Source of the DNA: Oscillospiraceae bacterium
GTDB taxonomy: Bacteria > Bacillota > Clostridia > HGM11514
Direction: 5' to 3'
Length of the DNA: 64,000 bases
NCBI GenBank assembly: GCA_015068925.1
Contig: SVJP01000001.1
Coordinates: 1,805-65,804, forward strand
Each line of letters opens with the position of its first letter. Positions within the stretch are counted from its first letter, which is position 1. Positions 28,686-39,492 of the stretch are shown one piece after another. The notes under the pieces were generated by a model that saw nothing but the letters and a program-made list of their open reading frames with translations, searched no databases and was not told the DNA's origin. The position numbers were made by a program, and so were the translations under genes.

Positions 28686-30524
28686 ATGGCTCAGATTAAA
28701 GTGTTGGACTCTTTGGTTGCGGATATGATTGCGGCAGGAGAAGTAGTAGAGCGTCCTGCATCCGTAGTAAAAGAGTTGGCGGAAAATGCCATTGATGCGG
28801 GAGCAGGAAAAATTACGGTAGAAATGAAAAACGGCGGTGTTAGTTTTTTGAGAATTTCTGACGATGGAAGCGGAATTACTGCCGAGGATTTGCCCACTGC
28901 ATTTTTACGTCATGCAACCAGTAAAATTGAACATGCTGAGGATTTGATTGCGATTGGTACTTTGGGATTTCGGGGAGAAGCCTTGGCAAGTATTGCGGCA
29001 GTCTCTCGTGTGGAGGTGTTTACCAAACCGAAGGAACAGCAATTTGGAATGTACCTTAGCATGAAAGCGGGGAAGATAGAGGATTCTCATGAAGCAGGCT
29101 GCCCTGACGGGACAACCTTTACCGTACGGGATTTATTTTTCAATCAGCCTGCCAGAATGAAATTTTTGAAAAAAGATGCAGCGGAAGCAGCAGCAGTGCA
29201 AGATGTGGTCATTCATCTTGCTTTGGGAAATCCCGAAGTATCCTTTCGTTTGATTTCGGACGGGAAGGAAAAATTGCATACTCCAGGTGACGGGAATTTG
29301 AAAAATTGTATTTATGCTATTTACGGCAGGGAATATGCCAATCAGTTGGTGGAATTGCAATATACAGATGCAGGTGTAACGGTAACAGGATTTTGCGGAA
29401 CACCTGCGATTGCACGTTCTACCAGAAGTTATCAGACTTTTTTTGTCAACGGTCGTCTAGTGAAAAGCCGAGGTATGACGGCAACCTTGGAGCAGGCATA
29501 TCAAGACGGGATGATGAAGGGAAAATATCCGTTTGGTGTTGTTTTGGTATCGTTGGAACGGTCTTTGACAGATGTGAATGTACATCCTGCAAAGCTGGAA
29601 GTGAAATTTTCCAATGAAAAAGCGGTTATGAGTGCCATTTATTGGGCAGTAAAAAATGCATTGTACGGTGCAACTTATCAACCGGAGATTACGTTACAGG
29701 AAAAGAAAAAAGAGGAAACACCCGAACCTTTGGAACAGGAGGTTATGATACCGTCTGTCCGGGAAAAAACAGAAAAACCGAGTTTTGTTCCGAAGTGGAC
29801 AGAACCTGTAAAAAAAGAAGTTTTACCTGAAATTGTTGAGAAGAAGGATGATCAAAGACAACCCTCTTTGCAGCAGCCTGTTGCGGAAATCAAAGCAGAA
29901 CCGTCGCAACAAAAAGAGACAGAACAACCAAAAACAGTTGTAACACCTACAGATGAGAATTGCGAAATTCGTATTTTGGGACAATTGTTTCAATCTTATA
30001 TTGTGGCAGAGCGCGGTGAAGAAATGTTGCTGATTGATCAGCACGCCGCCCATGAACGGTTTTTGTTTGAAGAACTGCTGCGCCAAAGAGAATCTAACCA
30101 TCCCATTACTCAAACGTTACTGATGCCTGTGGTGCTGGATATGACTGCATCAGATTTTGCAGCGGTGCAGGAACAATTGACTTTTCTGTCTTCTGTTGGG
30201 TTTGAATTGGAAGAATTTGGTGACCATGCCTATCGACTTACAGGTGCTCCCATCAGCAATGAAGGACAAAATGCAGAAACCCTCTTTTGGGAAACCTATC
30301 GGGCGATTCAGAATGCAGGTGACCGTGGAACAACAGAAAGTGAATTGTTATATTCCATTGCCTGTCATAAAGCACTAAAAGCAAATCACAATCTTCATCC
30401 CAGAGAAATGGAACAAATGGTAAAGGATGTACTGAATCTTCCGTCCACTTGTCCTCATGGTCGACCGATTGTGATTACCATGACCAAAACAATGATTGAA
30501 AAGCAATTTAAAAGGATTGTGTAA
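28686..30524 (+). CDS. mutL: DNA mismatch repair protein MutL
   Basis: MAQIKVLDSLVADMIAAGEVVERPASVVKELAENAIDAGA is the GHKL ATPase N-terminus. A low-complexity linker and a C-terminal dimerisation domain follow. Confidence 0.95.
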   Translation: MAQIKVLDSLVADMIAAGEVVERPASVVKELAENAIDAGAGKITVEMKNGGVSFLRISDDGSGITAEDLPTAFLRHATSKIEHAEDLIAIGTLGFRGEALASIAAVSRVEVFTKPKEQQFGMYLSMKAGKIEDSHEAGCPDGTTFTVRDLFFNQPARMKFLKKDAAEAAAVQDVVIHLALGNPEVSFRLISDGKEKLHTPGDGNLKNCIYAIYGREYANQLVELQYTDAGVTVTGFCGTPAIARSTRSYQTFFVNGRLVKSRGMTATLEQAYQDGMMKGKYPFGVVLVSLERSLTDVNVHPAKLEVKFSNEKAVMSAIYWAVKNALYGATYQPEITLQEKKKEETPEPLEQEVMIPSVREKTEKPSFVPKWTEPVKKEVLPEIVEKKDDQRQPSLQQPVAEIKAEPSQQKETEQPKTVVTPTDENCEIRILGQLFQSYIVAERGEEMLLIDQHAAHERFLFEELLRQRESNHPITQTLLMPVVLDMTASDFAAVQEQLTFLSSVGFELEEFGDHAYRLTGAPISNEGQNAETLFWETYRAIQNAGDRGTTESELLYSIACHKALKANHNLHPREMEQMVKDVLNLPSTCPHGRPIVITMTKTMIEKQFKRIV

Positions 30525-30527
30525 CAG

Positions 30528-31463
30528 ATGAAACAACCATTACTGATGATTGCAGGACCTACTGCTTCAGGGAAAACTGCGGTTGCAGTGGAGTTGGCGG
30601 TTCGACACGGTGGAGAAGTGGTTTCTGCAGATTCCATGCAAATATATCGTCGCATGGATATTGGAACGGCAAAACCAACCAAAGAAGAAATGAGAGGGAT
30701 TCCTCATCATCTTTTAGATGTTGCTGATTTAAATGAAAATTTTTCTGTCGCTGATTATACCACCAGAGCAGAGCGTGCGATTTGTGAAATTGCAAACAGA
30801 GGAAAGCTACCTATTTTAGCAGGCGGAACCGGACTGTATTTGCGTGCAGTTACGGACCATTTAGATTTTTCTGAAGGTCAATCCGATTTGAGTTTTCGGG
30901 AAAGTTTACAAAAAAGAGCAAAAAAAGAAGGAAGTCAGGTGCTTCATAGCGAATTAAATAATGTTGACCCTGAATCTGCAATGCGGATTCATCCCAATGA
31001 CGAGAAGAGATTGATTCGTGCTTTAGAGGTTTATCATGTGACGGGTATTACCATGACGGAGCATCAAAAGAAAGCGGCTTCCCGTCCTTCCCCTTATGCA
31101 ACATTGAGAATAGGTTTGCATTACGAACGGGAAAAGCTGTATGACCGAATCAACCATCGGGTGGACAAGATGCTGGAGCGGGGATTGGAAGAAGAAGTTG
31201 CTTCCTTATTGGAAAATATGAAAGGCACATCCTTTCAAAGTATTGGCTATAAAGAAATGGAGCAGTATTTTAAAGGCAACATGACTCTTTCACAAGCGGC
31301 TGATGAAATTCGTCAGGCTAGTCGAAGATATGCCAAACGACAGATGACCTTTTTTAAAGCTGACAAAAGAATGATATGGGTAGATGCTACCGACCGTACG
31401 GCGGCGGAAGTGGCAGATGAAATAGAAACATTGCAGGGGTTTCCTGAATTGTTCAAAATATAG
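30528..31463 (+). CDS. miaA: tRNA dimethylallyltransferase
   Basis: 311 aa. [18 protein letters not shown] is the P-loop. MiaA family. Confidence 0.93.
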   Translation: MKQPLLMIAGPTASGKTAVAVELAVRHGGEVVSADSMQIYRRMDIGTAKPTKEEMRGIPHHLLDVADLNENFSVADYTTRAERAICEIANRGKLPILAGGTGLYLRAVTDHLDFSEGQSDLSFRESLQKRAKKEGSQVLHSELNNVDPESAMRIHPNDEKRLIRALEVYHVTGITMTEHQKKAASRPSPYATLRIGLHYEREKLYDRINHRVDKMLERGLEEEVASLLENMKGTSFQSIGYKEMEQYFKGNMTLSQAADEIRQASRRYAKRQMTFFKADKRMIWVDATDRTAAEVADEIETLQGFPELFKI

Positions 31464-31476
31464 GAGGAATAGAGTT

Positions 31477-31719
31477 ATGACAAAATCATCATTAAATCTG
31501 CAAGATGTTTTTTTGAACCAATGCAGAAAGGAACACGTATTCGTTACTATTTATTTGACAAACGGCTTTCAATTCAAGGGAGCTGTAAAAGGATTTGATA
31601 ATTATATCGTCATTCTGGATGTGGAGGGAAAACAACAGCTTGTGTATAAGCATGCGATTTCAACTATTGTTCCCTCAAAACCCGTCAGTATTATGACAGG
31701 AGAGGAAGCTGAAAAATAA
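31477..31719 (+). CDS. hfq: RNA chaperone Hfq
   Basis: 80 aa. [41 protein letters not shown] carries the Sm1 and Sm2 motifs. Confidence 0.93.
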   Translation: MTKSSLNLQDVFLNQCRKEHVFVTIYLTNGFQFKGAVKGFDNYIVILDVEGKQQLVYKHAISTIVPSKPVSIMTGEEAEK

Positions 31720-31722
31720 GAC

Positions 31723-32940
31723 ATGAAAAAGACTGTTACAATTGCCGTTATCATATTGGCACTTGTTTATATTGTGGCTTTTACCATTATTTCTGCTGCC
31801 AGTAACCCTGTTAGCACGGAATTGGTTCGTCAGGGTGTGCTGGAAAATTCGGTGCAAGTGGAAGGAATGATTGTACGCGAAGAGTGGGTTTATACCATGA
31901 CCAATGGCGGTATTTTTGAAAGTCCGCATAACGACGGTACTCGTGTGGGTATTGGGGAACAATTGGGTGTTGCATATTTTGGTGAAGTTTCTTCGGATAC
32001 AACAGCAAAATTGAAACAAATCAATCAGGAAATTGACCGTTTGGAGCAAAAAGAAGAAATGTTCGAAAGCGGTTTGGATGATGTTGAAAAAATCAACACG
32101 AGAATTTCTGTATTGATGAAGGAAATCGTGGATGCTTCCGTTTGTTGCGATGGGAAAATGATTTCAGATTTGCAGAACGAAATTAGTCAACTTCATAGAA
32201 GAAGGTTGATTTTAGAAGGAAAAAAATCAGAAGAAACCGGAGAATTGGATCAGCTTTATTCCCAAAAGCAGGAGCTTGAGAGCGGATTGAAAACCGAGGA
32301 GCTTTACGCGCAACAGGCAGGTGTATTTACTTATTCGGTAGATGGATTTGAAGCTCGAGTGGGTACATCGAATTTGAGAAGCTTAACACCTAAAGATGTG
32401 GATACTTTGATGGAGACAGAAATTTCAAATCCAAAATCGGAATTTTCTTCTCCGCCGGTTGCAAAAATTGTAAACAATTATAAATGGTACTTTTTATTTA
32501 ATTTAACGGTACAGCAGTTGGATACCCTAAAGGTAGGGGATGTGGTTCATTTGCGTTTTAGCGGTGATTCTAACGAACGGATTACTGCCAAAATTGCCAC
32601 CATTTCTCCAGAACAGGACGGAAGAGTGAGCGTGTCTGTCAGCTGTATGACAGATGTGAAGGCGGCTTTGAATAATCGTAAATTGAAAGTAGAATTAATT
32701 AAGCATCGATATGAAGGAAGTTGTTTTTCACGTTCTGCCGTTCGTGTGAAGGGTGATATGTCAGGTGTTTATGTGATAAAAGATGGGGTGGCGGTGTTCT
32801 GCCCTGTGGATATTCTATATGGTACAGATGAAACTGTAATCATCAGTTCTGAACAAACAGAGGACAATCAAGTAAAACTGTATGATGAAATTATCAACGA
32901 GAAGACAAGCAACATCAAAGAAGGGGAATTGCTGCGATGA
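31723..32940 (+). CDS. Membrane-anchored coiled-coil protein, HlyD-family-like periplasmic adaptor
   Basis: N-terminal transmembrane helix (IAVIILALVYIVAFTIISAA), then a long coiled-coil segment and a C-terminal beta-rich domain. Confidence 0.5.
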   Translation: MKKTVTIAVIILALVYIVAFTIISAASNPVSTELVRQGVLENSVQVEGMIVREEWVYTMTNGGIFESPHNDGTRVGIGEQLGVAYFGEVSSDTTAKLKQINQEIDRLEQKEEMFESGLDDVEKINTRISVLMKEIVDASVCCDGKMISDLQNEISQLHRRRLILEGKKSEETGELDQLYSQKQELESGLKTEELYAQQAGVFTYSVDGFEARVGTSNLRSLTPKDVDTLMETEISNPKSEFSSPPVAKIVNNYKWYFLFNLTVQQLDTLKVGDVVHLRFSGDSNERITAKIATISPEQDGRVSVSVSCMTDVKAALNNRKLKVELIKHRYEGSCFSRSAVRVKGDMSGVYVIKDGVAVFCPVDILYGTDETVIISSEQTEDNQVKLYDEIINEKTSNIKEGELLR

Positions 32941-33653
32941 TGCAGGAAAATGAAATTCGAGAACGAATTGAACAAGTAAAGAAAAAGATTGAAGAAGCAG
33001 CAAAAAAAAGTGGCAGAAACGCGGAAGACATTACCTTAATAGCGGTCACAAAAACAGTGGAGGTTCCCGCGATTTTGCAAGCATTACAATGCGGAATCAA
33101 AGCTGTGGGAGAGAATCGTGTTCAGGAGTTGTGCCGCAAGCATCAGCAAATTGAACATGACGTTGATTGGCATTTGATTGGCCATTTACAGACGAATAAA
33201 ATCAAGCAGGTATTACCCTTTGCAAATTTGATTCATTCGGTTGACAGCCTTCATCTGCTGGATGCTTTGGAAAAGGAAGCATTGACTCAAAACCGTGATG
33301 TTAAAATATTGTTGCAAGTCAATGTTTCGGGGGAAGAGAGTAAATTTGGAATTTCTCCCAATCAGGCAATGAACTTTGCAGAATGTGTTGCAGGCAAACA
33401 AAAAATTCAGCTTTGCGGATTGATGACTGTACCGCCACCGGTGGCGCAGCCGTATGAAAATAAGCCTTATTTTGCAAAACTGAAGCAGCTTGCATTCCAA
33501 ATTGAGCAAGAGCATTATCAACATGTGAATATGGATATACTGTCTATGGGCATGAGCGGTGATTATACCGCGGCAATTGAAGAAGGTGCGACTATGGTGC
33601 GTGTCGGAACTTCAATTTTCGGAGCAAGAATTTATGCTGCAAATCAGCAGTAA
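32940..33653 (+). CDS. yggS: YggS-family pyridoxal phosphate homeostasis protein
   Basis: AVTKTVEVPAILQALQCGIKAVGENRVQE, the PLP-binding fold of the YggS/PLPBP family. The start overlaps the upstream stop (ATGATG). Confidence 0.85.
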   Translation: MQENEIRERIEQVKKKIEEAAKKSGRNAEDITLIAVTKTVEVPAILQALQCGIKAVGENRVQELCRKHQQIEHDVDWHLIGHLQTNKIKQVLPFANLIHSVDSLHLLDALEKEALTQNRDVKILLQVNVSGEESKFGISPNQAMNFAECVAGKQKIQLCGLMTVPPPVAQPYENKPYFAKLKQLAFQIEQEHYQHVNMDILSMGMSGDYTAAIEEGATMVRVGTSIFGARIYAANQQ

Positions 33654-33683
33654 ATTATAAAAAACAATCAGGAGGAAGTAAAA

Positions 33684-34127
33684 ATGATGCCTAAATTTGT
33701 AAAACAGATTATGGATTTTGTGGGGTTTGAGACAGCGGATGACGAAGAATTGATGGAATTTGAAGACGAAGTGGAAAGCACCGGTGATACCAGAACCCAG
33801 ACTGTAAATCCGCTGAACAAAAGAAGTAAGGTTGTGAATATTCACACAACTGCACAACTGAGAGTGGTAGTAATGTCCCCCATGAGCTTTGAAGAAGCAA
33901 AGGATGTAGCAGACTATCTGAAGACAAAAAATCCCGTTGTAATCAATCTGGAAACCTTGCCTAAAGATGTTACCAGAAGAATTGTGGATTTTTTGAGTGG
34001 TTCTGTTTATGCTTTGGGTGGAAATATTCAGAAAATTTCCAACGGAATCTTTTTGGTAACCCCCTATAATGTGAGCATTCTCGGAGATTTTAAGGATGAA
34101 TTGAAACGAGGCGGCTGGTCGCTTTGA
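33684..34127 (+). CDS. sepF: Cell division protein SepF
   Basis: 147 aa. The C-terminal SepF domain reads RVVVMSPMSFEEAKDVADYLKTKNPVVINLETL. Confidence 0.85.
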   Translation: MMPKFVKQIMDFVGFETADDEELMEFEDEVESTGDTRTQTVNPLNKRSKVVNIHTTAQLRVVVMSPMSFEEAKDVADYLKTKNPVVINLETLPKDVTRRIVDFLSGSVYALGGNIQKISNGIFLVTPYNVSILGDFKDELKRGGWSL

Positions 34128-34405
34128 TTGCCATATCGTTTATCGGTGCGGTCCGCATTTTCTTTTCGGCATTTAATATGTTGTTATTGATGCGGGTGTT
34201 GTTCCGCTTTTTTTCCATGGATGAGGATCATCCCTTGGGGAAATGGCTGATTATTTTGACAGAACCGATTTTGTATCCTGTCAGAATCTTTTTGGAAAAA
34301 CGATTTTCCTTACCCGGATTTTTTGATTGGTCGTATCTTGTGGTAATGATTGCAGCCGATTTTTGCGAGACAATACTGATTATGTTGATTCGGATAGTGT
34401 TATGA
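34124..34405 (+). CDS. yggT: YggT-family membrane protein
   Basis: 93 aa with two transmembrane helices. Position follows sepF. Confidence 0.75.
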   Translation: MIAISFIGAVRIFFSAFNMLLLMRVLFRFFSMDEDHPLGKWLIILTEPILYPVRIFLEKRFSLPGFFDWSYLVVMIAADFCETILIMLIRIVL

Positions 34406-35169
34406 TAGAAAAAAAGAATTTATTACAGCAGGTAGCTTGCGACGAAGATAAAATTCTCCTTTCAAGGCTTTATGATTTGGCAAGAGGAGCGAGAGGCGGT
34501 TGGAAGCCTTCCGTTTTTTTTCTTGATCCCGGAAAATGCCGTAAGATAAGACTTTGGTTTGGCGATTGCGAGCCTGTTTTATGGGGTGGATATCAAGGTG
34601 CAGAGCGTTGTATGGTTTCTTTTGGAGAAGAAGCAGCGGACGGAACATGGTTTCCTGTCAGTGCAGTTGAAGTGACTTCTTCGGTTGCATGGGAGGTCAG
34701 TCATCGCGATGTGCTGGGAGCTTTGATGAATTTGGGAATTGACCGTTCCAAAACGGGGGATATTTTGGTGACGGAGCATTCTGCAACGGTTTTTTGTGAA
34801 TCAGCATTGGTGGATTTTTTGTTGCAGGAAATTAAAACTATTGGCAGATATTCCGTAAAAACAAGAGAAATTGCGATTGATCAAGTGAAAATTCCGGAGA
34901 AAAAATTTCGAGAAGTGACGGATACTGTTGCATCTTTGAGGGCAGATTGTGTTATTGCAGCGATTTATTCGTTGCCAAGAGGGAAAGCGCAAGAAGCAAT
35001 TCGTTCCGGTCGTGTTACGGTGAATTGGGAAGAATTGACCTCGTTGAGTGCAGAATTGTGTACAGGCGATGTAATTTCTCTTCGAGGATTAGGAAGAGCA
35101 GAATTAGATGAAATTGGCGGTTTAAGCCGAAAAGGCAGAACTTATATAAAAGCAAAACGTTTACTGTAA
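34402..35169 (+). CDS. ylmH: YlmH-like S4-domain RNA-binding protein
   Basis: Start at MIEKKNLLQQ overlaps the yggT stop (ATGA). A C-terminal S4 domain. Conserved order yggS-sepF-yggT-ylmH. Confidence 0.75.
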   Translation: MIEKKNLLQQVACDEDKILLSRLYDLARGARGGWKPSVFFLDPGKCRKIRLWFGDCEPVLWGGYQGAERCMVSFGEEAADGTWFPVSAVEVTSSVAWEVSHRDVLGALMNLGIDRSKTGDILVTEHSATVFCESALVDFLLQEIKTIGRYSVKTREIAIDQVKIPEKKFREVTDTVASLRADCVIAAIYSLPRGKAQEAIRSGRVTVNWEELTSLSAELCTGDVISLRGLGRAELDEIGGLSRKGRTYIKAKRLL

Positions 35170-35206
35170 ATGTTGCAGTAAAAATAGACGAATGAGGTGA
35201 AAAACA

Positions 35207-37987
35207 ATGGAGAAGGTAGATTACAGCAGTACGCTGAACTTACCAAACAGCGAGTTCCCTATGCGGGCGAACCTTCCTAAGCGTGAGCCAGAAATGTTGA
35301 AAGCATGGGAAGAAAAAGATTTATATCAAAAATTGTTGGAGAAAAAGGCAGATAAGCCCATGTATATTTTGCATGACGGACCTCCTTTTGCCAACGGTGA
35401 CATTCATATGGGTCACACTCTGAATAAGATTTTAAAAGATTTTGTGATTAAATACAAAAATATGGCAGGTTTCCGTACTCCTATGATTCACGGATGGGAT
35501 ACCCATGGATTGCCTATTGAAACACAGGCAATCAAAAAATTGGGTGTAAACCGTGCAGAAGCAGGACCTGTAAAATTCCGCCAGATTTGCCACGATTTCG
35601 CTATGAAATATGTGAACAATCAGAAGGAACAATTCCGTCGCTTAGGTGTTCTGGGCGATTGGGATAATGAATACATCACCTTGCAACCCGAATTTGAAGC
35701 CAAGGAAATTGAAGTGTTTGGTGCGATGGCAAAAAAAGGCTTACTCTATAAGGGATTAAAGCCTGTTTATTGGTGTCCTACCTGTGAAACTGCATTGGCA
35801 GAAGCTGAAATTGAATATAAAGAAGACGGAACAGATTCTATTTATGTAAAATTCCCTGTGAAAGATGATTTGGGGAAACTTTCTCCTGTTACCGGTGATT
35901 TAGATAAGGTGTATTTTGTTATCTGGACCACCACTACCTGGACCTTACCGGGTAACGTTTCCATTTCTTTGAATCCACGTTTTGAGTATTCTTTGCTCAA
36001 GGTGAATGACGAGCATTACATTATGGCAAAGGATTTGGTAGAAACAGTTGCGGCAAAAATTGGTTTGAACGACTATCAGGAGGTTGCAACCTTCCGTGGA
36101 GAAGAGCTGGAGCTGATGAAGTGTGCACATCCTTTCTTGGAGCGTGAATCCCTGATTATTACCGGAGAGCATGTTACTCTGGATGCAGGTACCGGTTGTG
36201 TTCATACTGCTCCCGGTCTTGGTGCAGATGACTTTAATGTGTGTCAGGCTTATAAGCTTCCAACCATTGTTCCTGTTGATGGAAAGGGTGTTCTGAACAG
36301 CGAGGCAGGTCCCTTTGAAGGCCTTTATTATGCAAAGGCAAACAAAGTGATTGCAGAAAGCCTGAAAGAAAACAATTTACTTTTGGCAGTAGAGCATATT
36401 GAGCATCAATATCCTCATTGCTGGAGATGTAAGGATCCTATTATCTTCCGTGCCACCGAGCAATGGTTTGCATCTGTTGATGCCATCAAGGAAGATGCAG
36501 TAAAAGCAATTGACAGTGTCAAATGGGTTCCCTCTTGGGGTCAGGAACGAATTACCAACATGGTAAAAGACCGTTCTGACTGGTGTATTTCCAGACAACG
36601 TCTGTGGGGTGTGCCGTTGCCTATCTTCTATTGTAAGGATTGCGGTAAGGAATTGATTACCGATGAAACAATTGCAGCAGTTCGTGATTTATTTGCGGAA
36701 AAAGGTTCCGGTTCTTGGTATGCCATGGAAGCATCTGAAATTCTGCCTAAAGGAACAAATTGCCCTCATTGCGGATGTGCGGAATTTGACAAGGAACATG
36801 ATATTATGGATGTATGGTTTGACTCCGGTTCTTCTCATATGTCTGTATTGGAGCAGCGCCCTGATTTGCAGTGGCCGGCTGATATCTATCTGGAAGGAAA
36901 TGACCAGTATCGTGGTTGGTTCCAGTCATCCTTACTGACCTCTGTTGCCGTTACCGGAAAAGCACCTTATAAAACGGTGTTGACCCACGGTATGGTGGTT
37001 GACGGAGAAGGTAAGAAAATGTCCAAGTCCTTAGGAAACGGTTTGGATCCTATGGAATTGACCAAGGAATACGGCGTGGATATTTTGCGTTTGTGGGTTG
37101 CGTCTTCTGATTACCGTTCTGACATTCGTGTATCCAAGGAAATCTTAAAGCAGATGTCCGAGGTGTATCGTAAAATCAGAAATACTGCGAAATTTATGTT
37201 GGGGAACTTAAGTGATTTTGACCCCAATCAGAATTTGGTATGTTTTTCTGATATGACAGAAATTGACCGTTGGGCAATGATTACCCTGAACCGCCTTGTA
37301 GAACGCATCATCACAGCATATGAGAACTTTGATTATCATATTATTTATCATAGTGTTCATAATTTCTGTGTTGTAGAAATGAGTAATTTCTATCTGGATG
37401 TTTTGAAGGACAGATTGTATACCGAAAAGGCGGATTCGAAAAATAGACGGAGTACCCAGTCTGCCATGTATTTGATTTTGGATTCTCTCGTTCGGTTGCT
37501 TGCTCCTATCTTGGCGTTTACTTCTGATGAAATTTGGAGTTTTATGCCTCATCACGAGGGCGTGGAAACAGAACATGTTCTGTTGAATGAAATGCCGAAA
37601 GTAAATCCTGAATATCAAGATGACGCATTGATGAATCGGTTTGATGCTTTGCTGACCGTTCGTTCCGATGTATCCAAAGTATTGGAAGAAGCAAGAGCCG
37701 CTAAGGTAATCGGTCATTCTCTTGGTGCTAAGGTAACCTTGCAGGCAACGGATGAAACTTATGAGCTGTTGAAGGAATATGAAACCGAACTTGCAGGCTT
37801 ACTGATTGTTTCTGCAGTTGAGTTATTAAACGAAACCGGAACAGAAGGAAAAGCAGAACAAACAGAACATCTGTGGACTAAAGTGACCGTTGCAGAAGGT
37901 GAAAAATGCGAACGTTGTTGGATGTATTCTACCACAGTGGGAGAAGACCATTTGTGTCAACGTTGTCGGGATACTCTGGCAGAATAA
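35207..37987 (+). CDS. ileS: Isoleucine--tRNA ligase
   Basis: 926 aa. PPFANGDIHMGHTL is the HIGH motif and KMSKS is present. The C-terminal Zn finger reads CERCWMYSTTVGEDHLCQRCRDTL. Confidence 0.95.
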   Translation: MEKVDYSSTLNLPNSEFPMRANLPKREPEMLKAWEEKDLYQKLLEKKADKPMYILHDGPPFANGDIHMGHTLNKILKDFVIKYKNMAGFRTPMIHGWDTHGLPIETQAIKKLGVNRAEAGPVKFRQICHDFAMKYVNNQKEQFRRLGVLGDWDNEYITLQPEFEAKEIEVFGAMAKKGLLYKGLKPVYWCPTCETALAEAEIEYKEDGTDSIYVKFPVKDDLGKLSPVTGDLDKVYFVIWTTTTWTLPGNVSISLNPRFEYSLLKVNDEHYIMAKDLVETVAAKIGLNDYQEVATFRGEELELMKCAHPFLERESLIITGEHVTLDAGTGCVHTAPGLGADDFNVCQAYKLPTIVPVDGKGVLNSEAGPFEGLYYAKANKVIAESLKENNLLLAVEHIEHQYPHCWRCKDPIIFRATEQWFASVDAIKEDAVKAIDSVKWVPSWGQERITNMVKDRSDWCISRQRLWGVPLPIFYCKDCGKELITDETIAAVRDLFAEKGSGSWYAMEASEILPKGTNCPHCGCAEFDKEHDIMDVWFDSGSSHMSVLEQRPDLQWPADIYLEGNDQYRGWFQSSLLTSVAVTGKAPYKTVLTHGMVVDGEGKKMSKSLGNGLDPMELTKEYGVDILRLWVASSDYRSDIRVSKEILKQMSEVYRKIRNTAKFMLGNLSDFDPNQNLVCFSDMTEIDRWAMITLNRLVERIITAYENFDYHIIYHSVHNFCVVEMSNFYLDVLKDRLYTEKADSKNRRSTQSAMYLILDSLVRLLAPILAFTSDEIWSFMPHHEGVETEHVLLNEMPKVNPEYQDDALMNRFDALLTVRSDVSKVLEEARAAKVIGHSLGAKVTLQATDETYELLKEYETELAGLLIVSAVELLNETGTEGKAEQTEHLWTKVTVAEGEKCERCWMYSTTVGEDHLCQRCRDTLAE

Positions 37988-38080
37988 AAAACGATCTGTG
38001 GGCGGACGGAAAGTTCGCCCACTCTTATTACCGAAAAAACTATGCATTGCCATAAAAGATGTTTTTTGTTTGGAGGCAGT

Positions 38081-38569
38081 ATGAAGAAGAGAAAGAAAGA
38101 AAAGAAATTTTCCGTTGGTTTGTTGTTTCCTTATTTGGTGTTTGCTGTTTTGTTGATTGTAATTGATCAAATGACCAAATATTGGGCTCAAATGAAGCTG
38201 CAGCCAATAGGATGTATTGATGTAATAGATGGTGTTTTTTCTTTTACATATGTGAGAAATACCGGAGCAGCGTTTGGAATTTTACAGGGTCAGAAATGGT
38301 TGTTTTTGATACTGACTGTTTTGGTTTTGGCGGCAGCGCTTTGGTATCTGATACGAAATAAGATTACTAATCCTGTACTGTTAATCAGCGGTTCTGCCGT
38401 TTGGGCAGGGGCGGTAGGGAATTTGATTGACAGAATCCGTCTTTCCTACGTGATTGACTTTTTAGAGGTTCGTTTTATCTCTTTTCCTGTATTTAACGTG
38501 GCAGATTGTTGTGTTGTAGTAGGAATGATTGTGCTTGGATTTTATATATTGCGAGGAAAATCAAAATGA
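38081..38569 (+). CDS. lspA: Lipoprotein signal peptidase II
   Basis: Start at MKKRKKEKK, after GGAGG. Four transmembrane segments. FTYVRNTGAAFG and NLIDR are LspA motifs. Confidence 0.9.
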   Translation: MKKRKKEKKFSVGLLFPYLVFAVLLIVIDQMTKYWAQMKLQPIGCIDVIDGVFSFTYVRNTGAAFGILQGQKWLFLILTVLVLAAALWYLIRNKITNPVLLISGSAVWAGAVGNLIDRIRLSYVIDFLEVRFISFPVFNVADCCVVVGMIVLGFYILRGKSK

Positions 38570-39489
38570 CGGAAAAAATTTTTGTTGTACCCCAAGGTGC
38601 GGAGCCTGAACGAATTGATAAATATATCAGCCTTGTCTGTGAAGAAATGACCCGTTCTTATGTACAACGGTTAATCGAAGAAGGCAAGGTTATTTGTAAT
38701 GGAAAAAAGGTGCGAACCTGTATGAAGGTTTCTCCTATGGATGAAATTATTGTAACCGTCCCTCCTCCTCAGGAATTAGAGGTGGAGCCTGAGGACATTC
38801 CTTTGGATATTGTGTACGAAGATGAAACATTGATGGTGATTAACAAGCCGAAGGGAATGGTGGTTCATCCTGCCAACGGGAACGAATCCGGAACCTTGGT
38901 CAATGCAGTATTGTTTCATGCAAAAGGAAAGCTTTCGGGTATCAACGGTGTGATTCGTCCGGGGATTGTCCATCGGTTGGATAAGGACACCAGTGGAATG
39001 ATAGTGGTTGCCAAAACAAATGAAGCCCATTTGAGTCTTGCAGAGCAAATCAAAGAAAAAACCTGCAGACGGGTGTATGTTTGCCTGGTTCGCGGAAATC
39101 TTCGAGAGGATGAAGGTACTATTAACGCCCCCATCGGGCGTCATCCTACCCAACGGAAGAAAATGTGCGTTACCGAAAAAAATTCCCGTTCGGCAGTCAC
39201 TCATTATAAAGTGTTGGAACGGTTTGGGGAATATACCTTTGCAGAATGTCGTCTGGAAACGGGAAGAACCCATCAAATCAGAGTTCATATGCAGCATATC
39301 GGTCATCCTGTCATCGGGGATGAGGTGTATAGCGGCAGTAAAAATCCGTTCGGACTTCATACCCAGGCACTTCATGCAGTGGAGATTGGGTTTGTTCATC
39401 CATCATCGGGAGAATATATGAGTTGCTCTTGTCCCATCCCTGAATATATGGAATCTATCTTGGAACGATTGCGAAAGAACGGGAGGTAG
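38566..39489 (+). CDS. rluD: RluA-family 23S rRNA pseudouridine synthase (RluD-like)
   Basis: Start overlaps the lspA stop (ATGA). HRLDKDTSGMIVVAKT is the catalytic Asp motif. An N-terminal S4 domain is present. Confidence 0.88.
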   Translation: MTEKIFVVPQGAEPERIDKYISLVCEEMTRSYVQRLIEEGKVICNGKKVRTCMKVSPMDEIIVTVPPPQELEVEPEDIPLDIVYEDETLMVINKPKGMVVHPANGNESGTLVNAVLFHAKGKLSGINGVIRPGIVHRLDKDTSGMIVVAKTNEAHLSLAEQIKEKTCRRVYVCLVRGNLREDEGTINAPIGRHPTQRKKMCVTEKNSRSAVTHYKVLERFGEYTFAECRLETGRTHQIRVHMQHIGHPVIGDEVYSGSKNPFGLHTQALHAVEIGFVHPSSGEYMSCSCPIPEYMESILERLRKNGR

Positions 39490-39492
39490 ACT

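Noticed and set aside
37997-38021. Hairpin GTGGGCG...CGCCCAC after ileS, as a terminator
   Set aside because: No U-tract follows, and the lspA start is only about 60 nt downstream. It may be a weak attenuator or nothing. Not reported as a feature.
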